From the UHGV virus genome UHGV-0327156: a DNA stretch of 13,007 nucleotides. The stretch is one strand, 5' to 3'. Positions 8,102 through 13,007 of the stretch are shown here, piece by piece. The first letter of the stretch is position 1. The number at the start of each line of letters is the position of its first letter. This DNA is from a virus. A model generated the notes under the pieces. The model saw only the letters and a program-made list of their open reading frames with translations, made no database searches and was not told the origin of the DNA. Made by a program: the position numbers and the translations under genes.

Positions 8102-8998
8102 CTATGATTTCGACACAACTATTTTCCCCAAATCAAAACTAAATTCGACATCCCCATTTACGATATTTTCATTTGTCACATGCTCATCAAAAAGGTCACT
8201 AACATCATACCCCGACTGAAACACTGGGCTCATGATAGCCACGTCGGTGAATGGCTCTTTTTCATGTGTTATATAATATTGACCATAAACATTTGCAGAT
8301 TTATCTGCATCATTAAGACTAAGGACTGTTTTTGCTTTGACTTCAGGCATCAGAGAAAAATCAATATTATTCAACAAACACAGTAAGATGCCTGCTATTG
8401 CTCTCCTGTTATTATCAAGCGGCATCAAGTCCACCCCTGGAATCTCCTTCCGAAGCAATATTTTCAGCTCATTAAATAAAGAGTCGAACTTAATTGCGTC
8501 AGAACAATTGAGTAACGACAAAGCTTCATTAATCATTCGCCCTTCATTGGAACCAATTTCTGGTGTTAACTTACAAACACCATCATTAACAATATACGAT
8601 TTCTTGTTATTAAGCTTCTTCCTCGCTGTAATTACCTGCCCCCCCTTTAAGTTTAACTTCTCCTTTAAAAACTCATCACTGAACATTCTTAATTGCAGTC
8701 TGATTAATGTAGGTAAGTATTTCGGGTATTCATTTAACTCTGGTTTAACAGCATGCTTATCGCGTCCAAATTTTAAACTTAATAACAAATGATTCCTCAG
8801 CATGATATCCTTTATCTCGCCTTGATCTCTCCGATGATTATGGGCAACAAAACTCCCAATTTCAAAAATACACTTGGGCGCACTCGGCAACTCACGGGCC
8901 GTAACAAAAAGAACATCAATATCACTATCAGTGAAACTCCCATCCTTTAATCTTCTCAACACTCTCTCTATTCTTGAGATTGCTTTACTTTTATTCAT
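8102..8998 (-). CDS. Hypothetical protein, 298 aa; AT-rich accessory cargo at the P2 old/tin hotspot; candidate anti-phage defence or exclusion protein
   Basis: Clean ATG at 8998..8996, uninterrupted 298 codons, GC about mid-30s % by eye against more than 50 % in flanking phage genes. Same orientation as the early operon. No Walker A, HNH, nucleotidyltransferase or HEPN motif that I can recognise. Confidence 0.8.
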   Translation of the reverse strand: MNKSKAISRIERVLRRLKDGSFTDSDIDVLFVTARELPSAPKCIFEIGSFVAHNHRRDQGEIKDIMLRNHLLLSLKFGRDKHAVKPELNEYPKYLPTLIRLQLRMFSDEFLKEKLNLKGGQVITARKKLNNKKSYIVNDGVCKLTPEIGSNEGRMINEALSLLNCSDAIKFDSLFNELKILLRKEIPGVDLMPLDNNRRAIAGILLCLLNNIDFSLMPEVKAKTVLSLNDADKSANVYGQYYITHEKEPFTDVAIMSPVFQSGYDVSDLFDEHVTNENIVNGDVEFSFDLGKIVVSKS

Positions 8999-9026
8999 GA
9001 CATTCTTTCAACCTTAATCAATATTT

Positions 9027-9055
9027 AATTTAAATAAACCATTCTCATACGCCAA
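9027..9055 (-). promoter_or_regulatory. Candidate sigma70 promoter for the cargo gene
   Basis: Minus strand TTGGCG (9055..9050), 17-nt spacer, TAAATT (9032..9027), about 30 nt upstream of the ATG. Weak matches in AT-rich DNA; could be chance. Confidence 0.25.
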
Positions 9056-9280
9056 CCATACCTGTGACACCTGACAAACCAAATAAAAACAAAGGTACAG
9101 CGGATATTGGTATGTACAGCTATATTACACATAAACTCATGTTAGTAACATAAGATCTTCTTGTGAATATTTGTAATTTATTAGTTCACCAACATTAATC
9201 TTTCCAACCGTTATAAATCCAATCATATGCTGATACTCAAATGATGGCCAACTACCACCTCTCGCTGTTCGTTGTTCCCT

Positions 9281-9315
9281 CCAGCAGCACTGGAAGCATG
9301 TTTCAGTACTGCTGG
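9281..9315 (+). terminator. Strong stem-loop (12-bp stem, one mismatch, 11-nt loop) followed by GGTTTTCT on the plus strand
   Basis: CCAGCAGCACTG / CAGTACTGCTGG inverted repeat at 9281..9292 and 9304..9315. The U-tract is only on the plus strand, so it looks like a terminator facing against the early operon, at the junction between the conserved early genes and the AT-rich cargo. Confidence 0.35.
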
Positions 9316-9324
9316 GGTTTTCTA

Positions 9325-9528
9325 TCAACAACGTGGTAGCAGTGCAATTTTAGACTGTTCTATATCGTTAAACCGCACGTAATTATCCCGGACTATTTCG
9401 GCACACCCGACCAACTCGTCGGGCGTCAGATTTTCGTTGACCATAATCTGCTGTAGACGGTGAACAATAGCCATCAGCTTGATATTTTTAGTGTTATGTT
9501 GCGGTATCTCGCCTGGTATTCTGTGCAT
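9325..9528 (-). CDS. Small hypothetical protein, 67 aa, translationally coupled to the upstream gene
   Basis: ATG at 9528..9526 overlaps the TAA stop of the DUF3850 gene (TAATG). The ORF track's 71-aa version begins at a GTG. No recognisable motif. Confidence 0.55.
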   Translation of the reverse strand: MHRIPGEIPQHNTKNIKLMAIVHRLQQIMVNENLTPDELVGCAEIVRDNYVRFNDIEQSKIALLPRC

Positions 9529-9983
9529 TATCCAAGCCACCCGTTTTGCTTTGCACGCTCAATCTGTTCATCTGAATAGTTCCATGCTCCATCCGTGGCA
9601 ACCATTGCCCCGCCAGACATCCCCGTCTCTGGTTCATACATAACAGCAAGGCCGAGCTGATGCATAATTTCATGATTAATTCTGAATACCAGACCACGCT
9701 CACTAAGTTCTTTCCAGTTCACAATCTCATATGCGCCTGTATTAAGCAGCTCAATACTTAGCAAGACATAATCTTCCAGCCAGTCTGACAGGTCAGTAAC
9801 ATCTGTTATCCGGGCTTCAACCTTTCGCCCCGTATACACACCCTGCCCCCATTCATGCAAAATCAACGTGTCTCCGCGCTCATAATTACGGTCATTTTTC
9901 CGAAACTCTGCGCGTTTCTTTCCTTCCAGCACAAGGTCGAAATATTTTGCGTGCAGCTTTACCTCGTGAATTTTTGCCATCAT
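9528..9983 (-). CDS. DUF3850/ASCH-like (PUA-fold) protein with a C-terminal HExxH-containing extension, 151 aa
   Basis: ATG at 9983..9981 overlaps the A stop (ATGA). The N-terminus KIHEVKLHAKYFDLVLEGKKRAEFRKNDRNYERGDTLILHEW matches the DUF3850 signature I recall (HElKi...yF..vl.G.K.fE.RkNDR....GD.L.L.E). The C-terminal part contains HEIMH. Confidence 0.7.
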   Translation of the reverse strand: MMAKIHEVKLHAKYFDLVLEGKKRAEFRKNDRNYERGDTLILHEWGQGVYTGRKVEARITDVTDLSDWLEDYVLLSIELLNTGAYEIVNWKELSERGLVFRINHEIMHQLGLAVMYEPETGMSGGAMVATDGAWNYSDEQIERAKQNGWLG

Positions 9984-12265
9984 GTCCACTCCATTACTGT
10001 TGAGAATCCCGGCCACTCATCAGCGACCGGATATGTGAATTTTTTCCCGTCATAATTTACAGTCGCGCCACGCGCCAACGCCTCAAGCTCCCATCGCTGC
10101 GGCCTTATACCGTTCTGAGCAAGGTCAACGCGGATACGGGTAATTTGCATTCTTTCCGACCGGGTCAGTCTGGCCGATGGTGCAATTTCATGTGGTTTTA
10201 ACGGGCTTCCGTTTCTTTGCTGACGATTTGGCGTTCTCAGGCCGTGTTTTAATGCGCCCCTGAGCGCCCTCACAACCTCCGGGTCATTCCATTCGATAAC
10301 ACCGTCATCAACCAGATTAAGCACTGCTGCGGCGTGCTCAGAAGGTGTGGGAGCCGGTAACGAAGTATCACAACCGGTGACCTTTCCACAGTTATTGACA
10401 GGACTCCGAGGCGCGGCGATGCCGCTTTTTAAAGTCAAAGGCTCAACGACCGGAACTTTCGGCACAATGCGCCAGTCCGTCGTTCTGGTGATATGAATAT
10501 GACGCGCGCCGAGATGCGGCGCGTAAATGCCGACCACTCTCTCGACTTCTTCCTCGTACTCGTTAACGTCATCCGACGGGCTACGGGCAACCCTGACAGT
10601 CTGACAATCGCGTGGGACATTTGCCCCGCCCTGCGCGCTGATATACAACGCAAAATCACCACTGTCTGCGGCGGCGCGTGCAGCCTCGACGCGTTCGTCA
10701 AACTCATCAGCAATGCTGACGCCGCGAGGCAATTTGCGTAGTTCACGGTAAGCCCCCATTGTCGGCAGACCAACCGTTTTAAATTGCGGGATACGCCACG
10801 TTGACGCCCATGCGGTAACAGCCGCTGCAGTGTCTTTCAGCGGTCTGCCGGTATCGTTATCGAGCTGCCCATCCAGTGCATAGCCGTCGATATTTTTTGA
10901 GATGTATTTCGCGATATACCCCGCAGCACCGCCCCGATTAAGATGTTTTGCCTGAAAACGGTTTCGCGCAGCTCCTCTTTCGTCGCCATCCTCTTTGAGC
11001 GCGTAGCGACGCATGATTTCGATAATCTGGTTACGCTGGCGTGGATTACAAAAAAGCATCATATGCCAGTGCGGCGTTCCGTCGTGGTGTGGCTCGACGA
11101 CTCGCAAACCGTAGACCTGTAAATCATTATCCTTGAATGCCGTGCGCATCAGGCTCCAGATACGGCAGAGATAACGCTGCGCATCCTTTGGATTAAATGC
11201 CTCATCGTTCCAGCCGTGATTTAGCTGGACGGTTTTACTTTCGCCTTTTCCAACCTGACGTGTCGGGTGATACTTTGACGGCGCGGTCAGCGTGATAAAC
11301 ATCCCCACATCACCCTCTGCAGCGGCGTAACGCTCAATACCGGCAATGGTGTTCATCAGCTCCATCCGGCGAATTTCAGGATTAGAAATACTGCCCATCA
11401 CCTTACTGATAAGGTCGATGCGCTCGCCTGTTTCCCTGTTTTCGAGATCACACGATTTAAGAAATTCCAGATTTGCCTGGCGGCGTGCACGCACATCACG
11501 AATGGCATGTTTACTGGCATAAGGAGAACGGTCTTTATTGACCTCCCCGACAGCAATCAGTAACGCCTCATGCCAGCGCATACGCTGGCCTTTAAGCTGA
11601 CTAATCCACCACTCATCGTTAAACAGACGGGCAATGGCAGAATATGCCTGCCTCGTGGTCATCTGTCCTTTACGGTATTTTTTCCAGTAGAGAGGGGAAA
11701 TATTGAAAGCTCGTGCAGCGCCAGCAACATGACCATACAGGTGATCCTGAGCCTCATCCGTAAACAGTGATTCTTTCTCGCCATGCGCATCCACCCAGGC
11801 ATCGCTGAGTTCCTCATACATCATGAAAAGCTGCGATGAGATACGGGCGGCAAACTTTTTCAGCTCCTTGTCATTCATTCCCGGCAGGCGCGCATAGTGG
11901 TCACGCTCAGCCAGAAACAGCATCGACGCGTCGGTGTTCATTTCATGGCGCTGATTCACACGCTCAATGCGCGGCCATAAACGACGCTGAAAAGTGGATG
12001 TGAGGAAATAAAACCCGTGCACCGGGCTTTTATTGCGCCGGATGTAGTCATAGCGTGACGTAAACAGCGAGCGCAAAAAGTAAGGCAGGCGGTTAATCGT
12101 GGATAAAACACCTTGCACCTGACGCATCTCGTCACGTGTAAGGGGTCTTTCGCGCCCGACAGCCTCGCGTGGCGCGTTCCATGCATAAGCACCGGTAAAC
12201 GTCTTACCGGTGCCTGCGGCAAATGCTGACGGAGGGACAAAACGCCCGGAGGCTTTAACGGCCAT
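9980..12265 (-). CDS. A: Rolling-circle replication initiator endonuclease gpA-like, 761 aa
   Basis: The ORF track's 775 aa start at a TTG (12307); the internal ATG at 12265..12263 gives 761 aa starting MAVKASGRFVPPSAFAAGTGK..., the P2 gpA length and N-terminus I recall. Confidence 0.9.
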   Translation of the reverse strand: MAVKASGRFVPPSAFAAGTGKTFTGAYAWNAPREAVGRERPLTRDEMRQVQGVLSTINRLPYFLRSLFTSRYDYIRRNKSPVHGFYFLTSTFQRRLWPRIERVNQRHEMNTDASMLFLAERDHYARLPGMNDKELKKFAARISSQLFMMYEELSDAWVDAHGEKESLFTDEAQDHLYGHVAGAARAFNISPLYWKKYRKGQMTTRQAYSAIARLFNDEWWISQLKGQRMRWHEALLIAVGEVNKDRSPYASKHAIRDVRARRQANLEFLKSCDLENRETGERIDLISKVMGSISNPEIRRMELMNTIAGIERYAAAEGDVGMFITLTAPSKYHPTRQVGKGESKTVQLNHGWNDEAFNPKDAQRYLCRIWSLMRTAFKDNDLQVYGLRVVEPHHDGTPHWHMMLFCNPRQRNQIIEIMRRYALKEDGDERGAARNRFQAKHLNRGGAAGYIAKYISKNIDGYALDGQLDNDTGRPLKDTAAAVTAWASTWRIPQFKTVGLPTMGAYRELRKLPRGVSIADEFDERVEAARAAADSGDFALYISAQGGANVPRDCQTVRVARSPSDDVNEYEEEVERVVGIYAPHLGARHIHITRTTDWRIVPKVPVVEPLTLKSGIAAPRSPVNNCGKVTGCDTSLPAPTPSEHAAAVLNLVDDGVIEWNDPEVVRALRGALKHGLRTPNRQQRNGSPLKPHEIAPSARLTRSERMQITRIRVDLAQNGIRPQRWELEALARGATVNYDGKKFTYPVADEWPGFSTVMEWT

Positions 12266-12530
12266 ATGAGCCAAAAGCCTCTGAACAACGCTTGCTGAGT
12301 TGCTCAACCTGCGCGTTTAAATCAGCAAAAGACTTTGCGCTTCCGGTCAGAATATCGTGATGCATCAGGCCGGAAACGAGCTGGCTTAATTTCGGGTAAT
12401 AACCAACCACCGCCAGCCATTCCTGACCGGCGTTTTTACCGCTTTCCGCTCTCTTTTTCTCGTGGAGAATAAACTGGAAGCTGTCACTGGTAACGACATA
12501 ACGTTCGCCAATTTCAATACGAATACTCAT
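12255..12530 (-). CDS. Small early-operon protein, 91 aa, function unknown (P2 orf8x-like position)
   Basis: ATG at 12530..12528 with GGAGAA 6 nt upstream; overlaps the A start by 11 nt. Composition like the phage backbone. Confidence 0.7.
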   Translation of the reverse strand: MSIRIEIGERYVVTSDSFQFILHEKKRAESGKNAGQEWLAVVGYYPKLSQLVSGLMHHDILTGSAKSFADLNAQVEQLSKRCSEAFGSYGR

Positions 12531-12697
12531 GCCGTTCTCCGGTAATGTTTGTTTTTTGCTTCAAAAACTGACTGACAGGAAACACAACGCGTGGCTGACG
12601 GATAAGCCGCACGACGGGCAGCAGGTATTGGCGCGTCACACTCTTCGCAAACGATCGCAGAAGCACCGCAATGTGTGCTTTGATGTCCTGTTCTCGT
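12527..12697 (-). pseudogene. TraR/DksA-family C4 zinc-finger ORF lacking a start codon (5' truncated or frameshifted)
   Basis: Minus-strand frame encodes ...IVCEECDAPIPAARRAAYPSATRCVSCQSVFEAKNKHYRRTA*, closely resembling the TraR/DksA zinc ribbon (CEACGNPIPEARR...CVECQ...RKHY). Its TGA overlaps the ATG of the 91-aa gene (ATGA). There is no ATG/GTG/TTG between the upstream in-frame TGA (12700..12698) and the zinc finger, and the frame opens where GC content drops. Confidence 0.55.
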
Positions 12698-12736
12698 TCA
12701 GTTGTATTACTGAATAACGCCTTAAAAATCGCCGTT

Positions 12737-12985
12737 ATGAAAAATGGCGATTTGTCTCTTATTCAACTTGGTCTTGATAAAGAAAAACGCGAAATAACTG
12801 AGTCTGTTATCGCGATTTATCAGAACGAATTAAACCTCCTGTCTGATGTGGTCAATTTGCTTGTTAAACGCGCTGTGTTTCACAAGCAAATCTCCTCCGT
12901 GGATGAACTGACGAAATTAACGACAGAAATCGCCAGCTATTGCGCTGATGAATTTAAAAACCTTAACGACAAAAGGAACTGGTAA
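12737..12985 (+). CDS. Hypothetical protein, 82 aa, first gene of an AT-rich plus-strand module
   Basis: ORF track gives 12671..12985, but its first 22 codons lie in the GC-rich TraR-like remnant. The ATG at 12737 begins the AT-rich segment (MKNGDLSLIQLGLDKEKREITESV...). Weak RBS. A possible TTGTAT/TAAAAAT promoter pair lies at 12702..12729. Start uncertain. Confidence 0.45.
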   Translation: MKNGDLSLIQLGLDKEKREITESVIAIYQNELNLLSDVVNLLVKRAVFHKQISSVDELTKLTTEIASYCADEFKNLNDKRNW

Positions 12986-13007
12986 TGCCGGACAACGTAG
13001 ATTTTAT
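12985..13007 (+). CDS. 5' end of a second plus-strand gene (MPDNVDF...), truncated by the window edge
   Basis: ATG at 12985 overlaps the TAA of the preceding ORF (TAATG), suggesting an operon; only 7 codons are visible. Confidence 0.3.

Larger units (their letters stand above)
1..13007. mobile_element. P2-like prophage, internal segment (late head/lysis genes, cos, accessory hotspot, early replication genes)
   Basis: Gene order, orientation and protein lengths match my recall of phage P2 (K-Y-X-L-M-N-O divergent from P-Q, then cos, then the A region). The 19-nt cos sequence is present. Not verified by search. Confidence 0.9.

Noticed and set aside
8180-8792. Plus-strand ORFs of 68 aa and 151 aa inside the cargo gene
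   Set aside because: Antisense to the 298-aa ORF, low complexity and Leu/Ile/Phe-rich as expected from AT-rich antisense sequence; no convincing start context.
8102-8998. Nucleotidyltransferase (CBASS-like GS...DxD) or HEPN (Rx4-6H) motif in the cargo protein
   Set aside because: The GS at residues 48-49 is not followed by a correctly spaced acidic pair, and no R-x(4-6)-H arrangement is present, so neither assignment is supported.
9061-9080. Possible CRP-like site TGTGACACCTGACA in the cargo upstream region
   Set aside because: The second half-site does not match TCACA; most likely chance in AT/GT-rich sequence.
9137-9331. 64-aa minus-strand ORF in the AT-rich spacer (TTG start), with a possible 29-aa ATG-initiated version at 9137..9226
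   Set aside because: No ATG at the called start, no Shine-Dalgarno before the internal ATG, and it sits where the cargo promoter and 5' UTR are expected. Kept as non-coding unless expression data say otherwise.
12529-12717. 62-aa plus-strand ORF
   Set aside because: Antisense to the TraR-like zinc-finger frame and the 91-aa gene start; basic, low-complexity product; likely a shadow ORF.
12671-12736. Upstream extension of the 82-aa plus-strand ORF (MCALMSCSRSVVLLNNALKIAV)
   Set aside because: These codons lie in the GC-rich TraR-like remnant on the opposite strand and lack an RBS. The compositional break at about 12700 favours the ATG at 12737, but this is unverified.
1-13007. CRISPR arrays, tRNA/rRNA genes, integrase or attachment sites, IS elements
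   Set aside because: No spaced direct-repeat arrays, no tRNA-like cloverleaf candidates, no integrase or transposase-like ORFs seen. The window is internal to the prophage, so att sites are not expected here.

Overview
The window is an internal segment of a P2-like (Peduovirus-type) prophage of an enterobacterium, read in reverse orientation relative to the standard P2 map. From left to right it holds: part of the lysis cassette and the head-morphogenesis operon on the minus strand (lysA, K, Y, X, L, M, N, O); the divergent late-promoter region; terminase ATPase P and portal Q on the plus strand; a Q terminator; the 19-nt P2 cos site (7920..7938); an AT-rich cargo island with one 298-aa orphan gene (8102..8998, minus strand) where P2 itself carries old/tin; then the tail of the early replication operon on the minus strand (a 67-aa gene, a DUF3850/ASCH-like gene, the rolling-circle initiator A, a 91-aa gene, and a TraR/DksA-type zinc-finger ORF with no start codon); and a second AT-rich plus-strand module running off the right edge. 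The main candidate for an undescribed system is the 298-aa orphan gene in the cos-proximal hotspot; the truncated right-edge module is a second candidate. Protein identities are from my recall of P2 sequences and gene lengths, not from a search. Coordinates were refined from the ORF track, which extends several ORFs upstream to non-ATG or spurious starts. GC values are by-eye estimates.
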